Part shown: one piece after another, positions 9,401-18,785 of the stretch
Layout: every line of letters starts with the position of its first letter
Position numbering within the stretch: the stretch's first letter is position 1
Origin: a virus
Lineage: Duplodnaviria > Caudoviricetes
Strand: one strand, 5' to 3'
DNA: 64,000 bases
IMG/VR virus record: IMGVR_UViG_2562617114_000001
Span: 13,082-77,081 of that record
The notes under the pieces: model-generated
Seen by the model: the letters and a program-made list of their open reading frames with translations, nothing else
Told to the model about the DNA's origin: nothing
The model's database searches: none
Program-made: the position numbers and the translations under genes

Positions 9401-11020
9401 TTAATCTATTTTATGCCAAGTCGGCCAATCGTATCGGTCACGCTTCTTGCCGTTTTTGCTGACGGTGATGAAGCCGGTATTCACATTCGTCCCGACCGAC
9501 GAGAACGAGTTAGGCGGGAGATCTTCCCACCGTGCGCCCATATCCTCCATCAGCTGGCGGAACGCGACCGACTTGTGTGTCTGTCGGAACTCGGTGCCGG
9601 CCGACATGATGGCGATCAACTTCCCGTCGGGCTTGAGGAATTTCAGGGCGTGGACGACATGGTCAATGTCCCGCTCCCGATCGAAGGGTGGGTTCATGAC
9701 CACCAGGTCGTACAGCCCGGTGGTCTCTGGCTCGATCGATATGAAGTCCGCATTGAAGACTCGGCCAAGCTTCCTGGCTTTCAGATCCGGGATCAGGTGC
9801 GGCTGGATCTCGATGCAGTCGACGACGTGGTCGACGCGGTACCGCTCCTGGTCCCAGCTCTTTTCGTAGTCGGGGTAGCACGCGACGGCGAGGTTGCCGG
9901 TACCCGCAGACGGCTCCAGGATCTTAAGGCGATCGCTCTCTTTCAAGCGGTGCCAGACGGGAGAGTTGCGGAGGATACGCTGCGCAGCGGCCGCCGGGGT
10001 AGGGTAGAAGCCGAAGTAGCGGGCAGGTGCCGTCTTCGCCTTCTCCGGTGAAAGCGGATCGTCGTCCACCTTGCGGCCATCGGCCAGCACTTCGCCATAG
10101 TATTCGCCGATCAGCTTGTTCACCTTGGCGACGAGATCCTTCCGCGTAAACCATAGGTGAGCGTTGCCGTTCTTGAAGATGCGGACATTGAAATACTCGG
10201 TCTCAACTTCGGTCTGGCGAGCGCCGGTCTGACCGTGGCGGGCGAGGTCGATCTCGCCGATGGTCTTAGTGAAGTAGTCGGCGGGCCGCTTCTGGCGCCG
10301 GGCTGCTTCATTTTCCTCGTCCTGCTTGCGAACCTCGTTCAGCTTGCCGTCAAGGATGGTGAACGTTCGCTCGATATCGATCAGCGTGGAGCGCTCGTCC
10401 TTGTGGGAGCTCCAGTTCCAACTGCCGTAGTCATTGAAGCAGCGGGTGAGGATCACGCGGGCTCCGACCTTGAACCCGTTGTGGGATCGGAAGCGACGGT
10501 CGAGCTTCGCGAAGGCGTTCGCCATGCCGCGCCGGAAGATCATGTCGGCGTCCATCATGAACTGCTCGAGCGTTGCGAGGACGTTTTCGACGGTCACCGG
10601 CGGCATGCCCTTGGCGGCCTGCTCCTCGGTGATCAACTGGCCGGGCTCCGTCGGCTCCTCGATGATGTGGGACATCTGTTCGCGCAGCTGGTCCTTCGCC
10701 TGTCGGTCCATCAGGTGCTCGAGCTCGGTGTGGCTGACCACCCATGCCCATACATTCAAGTCGATGATGTGCCGCTTCTCCCGCATGTAGTCGTCGAGGG
10801 GCGAGCGGCTGAGCGGGTGGAGCGCGCGCCGAGTGTCGACTTCATACGCCGCGTTGTAGGCGTTGGTGCGGGGGAAGGCGCGCTTCGCCATGTCGATTGC
10901 CGCGAGCTCAGCCTCGTGAGCCTCTTCGATCTTGGCGTGGGCGACTCCGAATAACTCGAGTGCCTTGTCCCGATAGGCGACGATCTGCTCGACCGTGTTG
11001 CGGGATACGATTGCGTTCAT
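9401..11020 (-). CDS. DUF4942-like N6-adenine DNA methyltransferase
   Basis: FGFYPTP, ILEPSAGTGNLA (SAM binding) and VVMNPPF (catalytic); N-terminal FKNGNAHLWF; SD GGAG before ATG 11020. Confidence 0.85.
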   Translation of the reverse strand: MNAIVSRNTVEQIVAYRDKALELFGVAHAKIEEAHEAELAAIDMAKRAFPRTNAYNAAYEVDTRRALHPLSRSPLDDYMREKRHIIDLNVWAWVVSHTELEHLMDRQAKDQLREQMSHIIEEPTEPGQLITEEQAAKGMPPVTVENVLATLEQFMMDADMIFRRGMANAFAKLDRRFRSHNGFKVGARVILTRCFNDYGSWNWSSHKDERSTLIDIERTFTILDGKLNEVRKQDEENEAARRQKRPADYFTKTIGEIDLARHGQTGARQTEVETEYFNVRIFKNGNAHLWFTRKDLVAKVNKLIGEYYGEVLADGRKVDDDPLSPEKAKTAPARYFGFYPTPAAAAQRILRNSPVWHRLKESDRLKILEPSAGTGNLAVACYPDYEKSWDQERYRVDHVVDCIEIQPHLIPDLKARKLGRVFNADFISIEPETTGLYDLVVMNPPFDRERDIDHVVHALKFLKPDGKLIAIMSAGTEFRQTHKSVAFRQLMEDMGARWEDLPPNSFSSVGTNVNTGFITVSKNGKKRDRYDWPTWHKID

Positions 11021-11370
11021 GCTGGTCTCCGTTGATGCCATAGGCGGCGGGGGGGAATTGCTAAGATGTTAAGGCCTGGGGTTGAAAACCCATCCCTGGT
11101 CCATACCTCCTTGTGGCGCCAACAGAGACGAAATGATGTATCGTGGAACTTAGCCAGGTAAACCCAAGCCCCAGACAGGCGGCGGTAGTGGGGATCGACA
11201 GGTGGCTCCGGCCAGCCGAAGCCGGGCGGTGGTGGAAGTAGAAAGTGATTTACCGAACTCTCTGGGAGGCTCCGGAGACGGGGCCGCTTTAACTTATGGC
11301 CGTTTAAGTTGCGCTAGGTCGAAAATAATACTTGCAATTGGGAGTGCCTTTTCATTTCATCTCGCAATAA

Positions 11371-11961
11371 TTGCCAATGAAGAGAAGCAGAATGGAATCC
11401 CCGATCGCTTTGCCAAGCTTTGAGCAGCAGCTTGACGCCATGTTCGGCTGTTGCGATCCCGCCGGACGAACCATCGAAGACCCTGAACGCCACTTTAGCC
11501 CACAAAGTCTCCAGCGCCTGGACGAGGATACTGCGCCACTCATTAGACGCTATATGGAATTGGCATGTGATGGGTTGAGGCTTCCTGGTGTGTTGCACCG
11601 GACGCATCCTATGCTTTGGCTGATCGACAAACCAGGTGATGTCTGGACTGCAATAGAGGAGGTCATTGATGCGGAAACGGGTGCATACCTGTATCCTCTT
11701 TCTCGCAGCCAAAGTTCAAAGCCCGGGCATGTGCGCCTCGGACATCCGTCTTTAGTAATTGCCCGCAACAAGCATGCTCGGATCGGCGGAGAGATTAAGT
11801 ATTCCGCTGCTGCAAATAAGTGGATCATATCAAATCGGTCCGGGAGGTATGGCACCCGCCCAAATCAAACGCAGGCTCATTTGGCTGCTGCAGCCAGTAG
11901 GTTTATGGAATTCGATATCGAACTCACCGTAAGCTTTTGGCAGCCAGGAAACTCACAATGA
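11371..11961 (+). CDS. Hypothetical protein, putative toxin/effector (HPSL...GGEI...SNRSGRY)
   Basis: Visibly AT-richer gene, antisense to the early operon; start uncertain (11371/11377/11392). Confidence 0.65.
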   Translation: MPMKRSRMESPIALPSFEQQLDAMFGCCDPAGRTIEDPERHFSPQSLQRLDEDTAPLIRRYMELACDGLRLPGVLHRTHPMLWLIDKPGDVWTAIEEVIDAETGAYLYPLSRSQSSKPGHVRLGHPSLVIARNKHARIGGEIKYSAAANKWIISNRSGRYGTRPNQTQAHLAAAASRFMEFDIELTVSFWQPGNSQ

Positions 11962-12665
11962 TAATATTTTGGGATTTTGAACCATCCGAAATGCCTGCGC
12001 TTCAGGAAGTGATTACCTCGTCTGAAGGACTCAAAACTTTTATCTCTTCATTGAAGCATTTTCTGGCTGTGACCCCTCTCGATGGCGGAGCAGGAGAAGA
12101 CCTGATCTATACTACTGGGACAATGCTTACGAACGCTAACATTTGGTCGCGCCTACCGGCGGAGGATTTGGCCAACGCTTTAGCAGGCGAAGTCCCCATC
12201 GCTGCTGTAAAGTTGATCTTAGAACACGCATCGAGCGAATATCGACGCGCGGTGATCAGCGCGATGGAATCCACCACTCTATTGACTGAGTATAAGGAAA
12301 TCTTAGATCGTGTGGAGGTCAACGAGCGATACAGTGCTCCCGAAGAATTTAAATTCCGGGGAAGTACACGCTTACCCGATCTTTCGCTCACGATGAGAAG
12401 TTATAAACCAAACTCGTTACTTTTACGGTTTCACCATAAATTGCCTGAATCTAACTTGCGTTCTAACTTCGGTATTCACTTCCGTGCGTTAGGGCTTGAA
12501 AGCTCGGTTGCTATCTCGCTCGGTTTAGGAGTGACATGGGGCGTAACAATTAGACCAAATGCTGTGATAATGCATATCAATGGAAAGTATTTCGTTGAGA
12601 TCGATGAAAGCGTCCTGCGGAAAGTAAGTAGCCAAAAAAAGGCGCCGATTTTCAGTCGGGATTGA
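11958..12665 (+). CDS. Hypothetical protein, translationally coupled partner of 11371-11961
   Basis: ATGA overlap at 11958-11961; AT-rich; no recognised family. Confidence 0.7.
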   Translation: MIIFWDFEPSEMPALQEVITSSEGLKTFISSLKHFLAVTPLDGGAGEDLIYTTGTMLTNANIWSRLPAEDLANALAGEVPIAAVKLILEHASSEYRRAVISAMESTTLLTEYKEILDRVEVNERYSAPEEFKFRGSTRLPDLSLTMRSYKPNSLLLRFHHKLPESNLRSNFGIHFRALGLESSVAISLGLGVTWGVTIRPNAVIMHINGKYFVEIDESVLRKVSSQKKAPIFSRD

Positions 12666-12704
12666 TAGCTTTTACAGGTAAAGCTGCAGCAGTGCGGCAC
12701 GAGA

Positions 12705-12950
12705 ATGACGTGGGCCGTTAGCATCCGAAATAACTCCTCTGGTGGTGAAGGCCCGATAAGAGATGACGAAGGGGTTAACCTCCCTGACCAAGAAGCTGTT
12801 CGGAGAGAGGTGGCGATGATTGTGACTGGTCTTGCGCGAGATGAAATCCGGATGCAGCAGGCGGCCAATATCGTAGTCAACGTTCGAGATGAGGCCGACG
12901 CCAAGGTGTTCGTCGGCCAGTTGCAATACTCGGGTCGCTGGCAGGGGTAA
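12705..12950 (+). CDS. DUF6894-like small protein
   Basis: DDEGVNLPDQEAVRREV...VNVRDEADAKVF pattern. Confidence 0.6.
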   Translation: MTWAVSIRNNSSGGEGPIRDDEGVNLPDQEAVRREVAMIVTGLARDEIRMQQAANIVVNVRDEADAKVFVGQLQYSGRWQG

Positions 12951-12985
12951 TCCTCTTTCCGCAAATGCGCCCGTACCGTGCCCGG

Positions 12986-14146
12986 TCAAACCCGCATCGG
13001 CATCATGACGTAGGTGACGTCGTCATCCGCGCCGTCCTTGACGATAGCCGGGTCACCCGGGCCGCCGAGCTCGAGCATTGCGCCACCGTCCAGCTGCGCC
13101 AGGATCTCGAGCAGGTAACCGGCGTTGAAGCCGATCTCGAGTGTGACGTCGTGATCGACGGTGATTTCGGTTGATGCGTGGCCGAAGTCCGGGTCGTAAC
13201 AGGTGATGGCGATCTCGCCCGGTGCCAGGGTCAGCTTTGACGATCGGCTCTTCTCGGCCGAGATGGACGAGGCCTGCTTGAGCGCGTCGATGAAGGCTGC
13301 CGTCCGGACCGGAACCTTGTGCTGGTTCTGCGTCGGGATGACCCGCAGGTAGTTCGGGAACGTGCCGTCGACGACCTTTGACTCGAGCAGCTCATCCTCG
13401 CCGATGAGGAATGACACGCCGCTGTCGGTCACCGAGACCATGATATCGATCGGGCAATCCTTCCGCTTCAAGAGGCGCAGCAGCTCGCCAACCGTCTTCC
13501 GCGGGATTATCATGCCGTTCTCGATCGCTTCCGCACCAGCCGGCGCCGGGATCTCAAAGCGAGCCAGGCGGTGACCGTCGGTCGCAACAAACGCCAGCCG
13601 GTTGTCGTGGGCGAGGTGCATGAAGACGCCGTTGAGGTAGTAGCGCGTCTCCTCTGTTGAGATAGCGAGCTGGATCTTCGACATGGCCTTCAGCAGTGTG
13701 GCCGCCGGCACCATGAAGCTGACGTTCGACTTGCCGAGAGCGGTGCGGAACGCAGCGTCTTCCGGAAAGTCCGACCGCTCGTGCTCCTGCTTCAGGGTGA
13801 GCTTCAACTTGCCGATCGACACGGCCAGGCTATCACCGTCCAGGGTGAAGTTGATGTTGGCTGCGTCCTTCACCTTGTCCATGATGCCCTTCAGCTTGTG
13901 GGCATCAACGATCGCGAGGAAGTCGCTGTCGGCCTTACCGGCGACCAGCGTCGTGCTGTAGACGTCCATGTCCGTGCCGATGACGTTCACGCCCTTGCGG
14001 TTGGAGGTGATGAGCACTGTGTTCAGGACAGGGATGGTGTTCTTCTTCTCGACCACCTTGCAGGCATTGACCATGGCCTTTTTGAAAACCGAATAGTCAA
14101 GGGACGCCGTGGAAACAGAGGCGGCGATGTTGGCAAGTGCGTTCAT
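12986..14146 (-). CDS. dnaN: DNA polymerase III beta sliding clamp (phage copy)
   Basis: KKNTIPVLNTVLI, GTDMD, AISTEETRYYLNGV, VATDGHRLA, VDGTFPNY, IGFNAGYL, YVMMPMRV. Confidence 0.92.
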   Translation of the reverse strand: MNALANIAASVSTASLDYSVFKKAMVNACKVVEKKNTIPVLNTVLITSNRKGVNVIGTDMDVYSTTLVAGKADSDFLAIVDAHKLKGIMDKVKDAANINFTLDGDSLAVSIGKLKLTLKQEHERSDFPEDAAFRTALGKSNVSFMVPAATLLKAMSKIQLAISTEETRYYLNGVFMHLAHDNRLAFVATDGHRLARFEIPAPAGAEAIENGMIIPRKTVGELLRLLKRKDCPIDIMVSVTDSGVSFLIGEDELLESKVVDGTFPNYLRVIPTQNQHKVPVRTAAFIDALKQASSISAEKSRSSKLTLAPGEIAITCYDPDFGHASTEITVDHDVTLEIGFNAGYLLEILAQLDGGAMLELGGPGDPAIVKDGADDDVTYVMMPMRV

Positions 14147-14164
14147 GGGTAGTCTCCGTGGTTC

Positions 14165-14175
14165 GCATGATTGCG
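14165..14175 (-). repeat. Early-operon pre-RBS mini-hairpin motif (CGCAATCATGC), representative copy
   Basis: Exact copies at 14165, 15167, 21241, 24950, 25273; variants at 11037, 16304, 17724, 20499, 22309, 24187, 25981; degenerate copy at 18398. Confidence 0.8.
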
Positions 14176-14193
14176 GGGTGGTTGCCGGTTAAC

Positions 14194-14418
14194 CTACCGG
14201 CGGAGGATAGAGTAGGCGGTGGTTTCGGCCACAGCCCGGGGGTCGATGCGATCGGGCTCGATGGTGAGCCCGTCGGTAGCGTGCAGGGGATAGGAGTTGT
14301 GCGCCGTGAACCGCCTGCTTGCGGGGTCGAACGATATATACAGGGCTCCTGGCTTGATTCCGGGGCGAATGATGAGGCGGCCATCTCGCCGGACGTTCCA
14401 GTAGTCGAGGTCGATCAT
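14194..14418 (-). CDS. Paralogue P9 of the unknown early small-protein family
   Basis: LYISFDPASRRF core and C-terminal IDPRAVAETTAYSIL. Confidence 0.7.
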   Translation of the reverse strand: MIDLDYWNVRRDGRLIIRPGIKPGALYISFDPASRRFTAHNSYPLHATDGLTIEPDRIDPRAVAETTAYSILRR

Positions 14419-15152
14419 CCAAGGTATCCGGTGCGCGGGATCAGGTCGTACTTCTTGCCGATCTCATAGGTGATTTCGGTCGGCGTCTGCCCGGCTTCCA
14501 TTGCAGCGGTGATGCGCTCCGGGTGGTCGGACACGAGGTCACCGTATCCCCATTGGCGCTCGGCTTCGGCCCGGCAAGCTGTGATGTATTCTTCCGGCGT
14601 CATCTTCTTGCGCTGGAAGTCTCGGTTGCTCGGGTCCGTCGTGCTCCCCTTGTCGGCGGCCACCATGGAGACGAAGATGGTGTGGATGTCAGGGTGGTAA
14701 GGCTCGCGGTTGTACTGGTTGTCTTCGGTGAGGAGCTTCCAGTCTAGCCGGCGAAGGACTTCCGGCACGAACTCCCAATCGTAGGCGTTCACGAACTCGT
14801 AGCCTTGCGACTCCGTGTGGGTATGCACCCGGAGCGCAATGTCGCCGGCTTGCACGGAGCAGTGGCGCATGGCGGACGAGCCGAGCCCTTCGAAGTAGTC
14901 CTTCAGCAGATCGTGGTCTCGGTTCTCGCACAACCATTCCCAGGCGCAGAGGGCGGCTTCCATCTGCAGGTGGGTGTAGGCGTCAGCATCGCTGAACCTC
15001 GCCTTCGGATCATCCTTCACGCTGGCGAAGACCTCGATGCCGTTGGCGTCCTTACGGGGCTGCTTCTTGATGAAGACGCTCCACGATGTGGTGTCGCCGG
15101 CCAGGCTATCAATGTCAGCAGCGTGGGCATAGCCGATACGTTTGATGGGCAT
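14415..15152 (-). CDS. Hypothetical acidic protein
   Basis: Hairpin motif + AAGGAAGAG SD before ATG 15152. Confidence 0.75.
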   Translation of the reverse strand: MPIKRIGYAHAADIDSLAGDTTSWSVFIKKQPRKDANGIEVFASVKDDPKARFSDADAYTHLQMEAALCAWEWLCENRDHDLLKDYFEGLGSSAMRHCSVQAGDIALRVHTHTESQGYEFVNAYDWEFVPEVLRRLDWKLLTEDNQYNREPYHPDIHTIFVSMVAADKGSTTDPSNRDFQRKKMTPEEYITACRAEAERQWGYGDLVSDHPERITAAMEAGQTPTEITYEIGKKYDLIPRTGYLG

Positions 15153-15183
15153 GGTCTCTTCCTTTCGCATGATTGCGGTGTGG

Positions 15184-15468
15184 TCAGGTGGCAACGCCGA
15201 GCGAGGCGGCGGTGCAGTTAGCGATAATGTGTGGCGGGATGATCGAGATCAGATACTCTCGAAGCTTGTCAGGCACATCGATGGTGCCGACGCCGTCAGC
15301 GCTTAGCCTTGTGCAGGTGCCGAAGACTCTTTGCTCGACCATGTAGATTGCATACCAGCGAGGGGCGCGACCATTGCTGAAGTCGATATAGATTCTGTCT
15401 TTCGTGCTGAATGAGGCCGCGATGTAGATCTCGGTGATGCGGTGCCGGATGCGGGCCGGGTCAACCAT
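15184..15468 (-). CDS. Paralogue P8 of the unknown early small-protein family
   Basis: WYAIYMVEQRVF core; C-terminal KLREYLISIIPPHIIANCTAASL; ATG abuts the upstream TAG. Confidence 0.7.
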   Translation of the reverse strand: MVDPARIRHRITEIYIAASFSTKDRIYIDFSNGRAPRWYAIYMVEQRVFGTCTRLSADGVGTIDVPDKLREYLISIIPPHIIANCTAASLGVAT

Positions 15469-15654
15469 CTATTTCGGCACCCGGATCTTCGCCACGCTGT
15501 AGGGCTCGGCCGCCATGGGGTTAAGGCGACCGTCTCCGTAGATGGTGTGGTCTTGGAGGTGGTTGCGGACCGCATAGACCGCCTGCTTCTTGGACAGCAG
15601 GGCATCGAACCGCACCCGGATTGTGATTTCGTGAGTCGTGCTCTTCATGGTCAT
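15469..15654 (-). CDS. Small hypothetical protein
   Basis: AGGAGG SD; ATGA overlap with the upstream gene. Confidence 0.6.
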   Translation of the reverse strand: MTMKSTTHEITIRVRFDALLSKKQAVYAVRNHLQDHTIYGDGRLNPMAAEPYSVAKIRVPK

Positions 15655-16286
15655 GCCTCCTTGGTGCAGAAGGCCTTGGCCCGGTCGATCAGCTTCGCCA
15701 ACTCTGCGGAGTGGTGCGTCTCGTTCTTGATCTCGGCGAGGGCAGCCAGTTCTTTCACCAGATGGCAGGCCTCCCAGCTGAAGGGCTCGCCGTCCTTGCG
15801 CATGTCCATCTCCACGCCATCGCCGCCCCACTTGTCGTCGTCGTTGGGGTCGTCCTCGTCCGGGCCATAGACGATCATAGTTTGGTCGCCTTCGATGGCG
15901 TCATCGATCGAGTAGTTGAAGTCGTCGTGCCTCAAGGTCGTTGCCTTCGCGACGGCCTCGTCGAAGCTTGTTGCCTGCACTTCGGTGTCGCACTCACCGC
16001 GGAAGGTGGCGAACAGGCGGACGCCGTAGGTGCGGAGCACGGGCTCGTCGTCTTCGCCGTCGCTGTCCTCGTTCGCCTCGATCTCCGCCATGTTGATCGC
16101 GCTCTGCATCACGTTCCGTGCAGTGTCGGCATCGAGTTGGCAGCGGAGGCGAAGGAAGTGGAAGACGTTGGTGACCAGGTCTTTCGCCTTCGTCTGGTCG
16201 TCCTCGCCGTGCATGGGGTGGGACAGGGTGAAGGCGTCGATAGCCAGAGCTGCGTAGGATGCGCGGTCTGCATTGTCTGGTGTCAT
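15651..16286 (-). CDS. Hypothetical, highly acidic protein
   Basis: Hairpin motif + AAGGAG SD before ATG 16286; D/E-rich tracts. Confidence 0.75.
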   Translation of the reverse strand: MTPDNADRASYAALAIDAFTLSHPMHGEDDQTKAKDLVTNVFHFLRLRCQLDADTARNVMQSAINMAEIEANEDSDGEDDEPVLRTYGVRLFATFRGECDTEVQATSFDEAVAKATTLRHDDFNYSIDDAIEGDQTMIVYGPDEDDPNDDDKWGGDGVEMDMRKDGEPFSWEACHLVKELAALAEIKNETHHSAELAKLIDRAKAFCTKEA

Positions 16287-16354
16287 GGGGGTTCTCCTTT
16301 GTTGCCATAGCTGGCGGGGTGGACTCCGTCCGCATCCGGTCCCATAATCCCGGC

Positions 16355-16558
16355 ATGCCAGACATTGACTGGAATAAAGCGCCAAAGGCGGCGCGGTGGT
16401 GGGCGATGGACAAGGATGGCGAGGCACACTGGTTCTGCGCCCCGGATGTCGCTGCGTTCACAGACTTCTGGTTCAGCGAGCCTATGCTGGCACCGAAATT
16501 CGGCTACGATGGCGATTGGCGGCAAAGCCTAGTTGAGAGGCCAGCCGTCAAAAGCTGA
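16355..16558 (+). CDS. Small Trp-rich hypothetical protein, antisense to the early operon
   Basis: MPDIDWNKAPKAARWWAMDKDGEAHWF...WRQSLVERP; fills the gap between VWA gene and next gene. Confidence 0.6.
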   Translation: MPDIDWNKAPKAARWWAMDKDGEAHWFCAPDVAAFTDFWFSEPMLAPKFGYDGDWRQSLVERPAVKS

Positions 16559-17714
16559 TGCTGATCGGCTCACCGAACGGCAGATCCGCCGTCAGCTCGT
16601 CGAACCTACGCGGGTCACCGTAGACTCCCCACAGGACCGGGATTTCCGGATCGTTGCCGAAGTCGTAGACCTCGAGGTCGGTCAGGTAGATGATGAACCG
16701 CGCTTCCGGGAACCGCTCCATGATAACGTTGAAGGAGTCGCGGAAAGCGGTACCGCCCCCGCCGACCGGCCGGAGCACCAGCTCGTCGCCGTTCTCGAAC
16801 TCCTCGATCGCCTGCACCTTGGCGTCGGCATAGATCACGGTCAGCTTGTCGATCGCGCCTTCCATGTATGCGCCGTTGATCTCCGCCGCGAAGTCCTTGC
16901 AAGGCTTGTCGTCGAAGACGGAGCCGGAGGAATCCTGCACGATGATGCCATGGCTGACGCCGTCGCTGATCGTGCCGGGGGTGACGAAGCCGAGCGGCAA
17001 CATGCGCCGGTTCGGTTTCGACCAGCTGAAATCCCGAGTCATGCTCTCGTCGATGAAGCGGCGGAGCATCGCGCGCCAGTCGACCTTGGGCCGGAGCAGC
17101 TCTTCCACGAGCTTGGCGATGTTGGCGGGTAGTTTGCCAGCCTGCGCTCCCTTGGCGGCCATGGCGGCCTGCTGGATCTGCACGTTCATCTCCGCCTCGA
17201 GCTCGGCAATGGTCGACTGGTCATGTGGGGCGCAGCCGTCGAGGACACCGCCGCAACCGCCGCCGTCCATGCTGTTCTCGTCGGAGTCGTCGCCGTTGTT
17301 CTCGTCGTCGAGGATACGGTAGATTTCCTCCGCGGACAGGCCGGTGAAGCGCGGCTCGAGCAGCCCGCACTCCGGCATCTTGCCCACCTTGCACTCGACC
17401 AGCTCGCCGTTGATGGCGTAGTCGGCCGCCTTGTTCCACCGGCCGGGCTTGCGGTGCTGCCGGCGGGTGTGATGCTTCAGCGCATTGTGCATGACCTCGT
17501 GGGCCAGGACGAACACCAGCTCGTCCTTCTTCAGGCTCATGACGAACGGCGTGTGGTAGTAGAGGTGGCGGCCGTCGGTTGCCATCGTGTCGATGCGCGG
17601 GTCATCGGTCGCATCGATCTTCTTCAGCTGCAGCATGAGCACACCGAAGAATGGGTGGTCCCACAGCAGGCCGGTCTGCGCGGCGAGGATCTTGTCTTGG
17701 ACGTTCATGGTCAT
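16548..17714 (-). CDS. DUF2201-type metallopeptidase + VWA domain protein
   Basis: TMATDG and LAHEVMH (HExxH); C-terminal VQDSSGS MIDAS, GGGGTAF and YLTDL. Confidence 0.88.
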   Translation of the reverse strand: MTMNVQDKILAAQTGLLWDHPFFGVLMLQLKKIDATDDPRIDTMATDGRHLYYHTPFVMSLKKDELVFVLAHEVMHNALKHHTRRQHRKPGRWNKAADYAINGELVECKVGKMPECGLLEPRFTGLSAEEIYRILDDENNGDDSDENSMDGGGCGGVLDGCAPHDQSTIAELEAEMNVQIQQAAMAAKGAQAGKLPANIAKLVEELLRPKVDWRAMLRRFIDESMTRDFSWSKPNRRMLPLGFVTPGTISDGVSHGIIVQDSSGSVFDDKPCKDFAAEINGAYMEGAIDKLTVIYADAKVQAIEEFENGDELVLRPVGGGGTAFRDSFNVIMERFPEARFIIYLTDLEVYDFGNDPEIPVLWGVYGDPRRFDELTADLPFGEPISISF

Positions 17715-18022
17715 GTCCCTTGTGCATGGTTGCGGGTGAGGATGGCCGCCAACCCGACGGCCAATTGTTGCTGAGTGAGTTGGGTTCGGAGGATGCCGGC
17801 CAGGTGATGGTTGCTGGCGTTCATCTGGCCGATCGGCCTATCCCTCCGGATGATGTAGACGTTGAACGTCCGGGTGTCGGTGAGCAGGCACAAGCAGTAT
17901 TCGTGATCGCGGTCTCGCTTGCGGCGGAAGCGCCAGATGTAGGCCCAATTTTGCAGCCCATCGTCAGGCTGAGGCGGGCGGATATTCGCCAGCCACGCTT
18001 GCTTGCGGGCTTCGCTGGTCAT
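17711..18022 (-). CDS. Paralogue P7
   Basis: WRF...YCLCLLTDTRTF core; HLAGILRTQLTQQQLAVGLAAIL. Confidence 0.7.
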   Translation of the reverse strand: MTSEARKQAWLANIRPPQPDDGLQNWAYIWRFRRKRDRDHEYCLCLLTDTRTFNVYIIRRDRPIGQMNASNHHLAGILRTQLTQQQLAVGLAAILTRNHAQGT

Positions 18023-18387
18023 GGGTGCATCGCGTTCCACGCATCTTTCATGTAGCCGACGGCGTCGGCGGCATGGGTGTCGGCTTGTCGAGTGGCCGCC
18101 GCCTTGGATGCGCGCTGCCAGATTGTCGGGCTTATCGAGGCTGCGACACATGCGGCCAGCGCCCTGGGACCGATCGCTTCCTTGCCGATGTCGATCTCAT
18201 CCGGCTTTGCTGCTCGCCATTTCTGCCATGGGCTGACCTTGCTGTAGCGGCGACGGTAATCTCCGTTGAAGCGGCGGTCGATCACGTCATACTCAAGCCG
18301 GATCTCCATCGTGCAGGCCTTGCTGGTCCGGTCGCGGATGAGCCAGTTGAAGGGCTTCACTTCTTTGACGCTGTAAGTGCGGGGCAC
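18019..18387 (-). CDS. Paralogue P6 (most divergent)
   Basis: IRLEYDVIDRRF; ALAACVAASISPTIWQRASKAAA; GGAGG SD + GTG. Confidence 0.65.
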   Translation of the reverse strand: MPRTYSVKEVKPFNWLIRDRTSKACTMEIRLEYDVIDRRFNGDYRRRYSKVSPWQKWRAAKPDEIDIGKEAIGPRALAACVAASISPTIWQRASKAAATRQADTHAADAVGYMKDAWNAMHP

Positions 18388-18389
18388 TG

Positions 18390-18785
18390 TTACCTCCGTG
18401 TGATTGCCAGTGCCGTCGCCCTTGCGATGTCGGCAGCCGAGAGTTTCGATTTCAGGATGTCGGTGACGTTGCCTTCCTGCGTGAGCGTGGCGTCACCTTC
18501 GATGAACATCTTGGGGTGAATGCAGGGGCCGGCTTCAGCCTCGATGCCTTGGGATCGAAGGCCCATGCGGTTTCGCCGACCATCCAGCGAGGGCTTGCCG
18601 GTGTTGCTCGCCAGAAACTTGCGGGTCTTGGGGGTGTAGGTGAGAACCCAATGGGACATCTCACCATCGCCGCGGATGCCGAAGAAATACCAGCGCAGCT
18701 CTTGCGTGGTCGGCTTCCCGTCGAGGATGACTCGCGTCTCCTCCGGTGCGAAAGGCCCGAAGACTTTGCGAATGATCGGCATCAT
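18390..18785 (-). CDS. Paralogue P5
   Basis: FGPF...WYFFGIRGDGEMSHWVLTYTPKTRKF...VTDILKSKLSAADIARATALAI. Confidence 0.75.
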   Translation of the reverse strand: MMPIIRKVFGPFAPEETRVILDGKPTTQELRWYFFGIRGDGEMSHWVLTYTPKTRKFLASNTGKPSLDGRRNRMGLRSQGIEAEAGPCIHPKMFIEGDATLTQEGNVTDILKSKLSAADIARATALAITRR

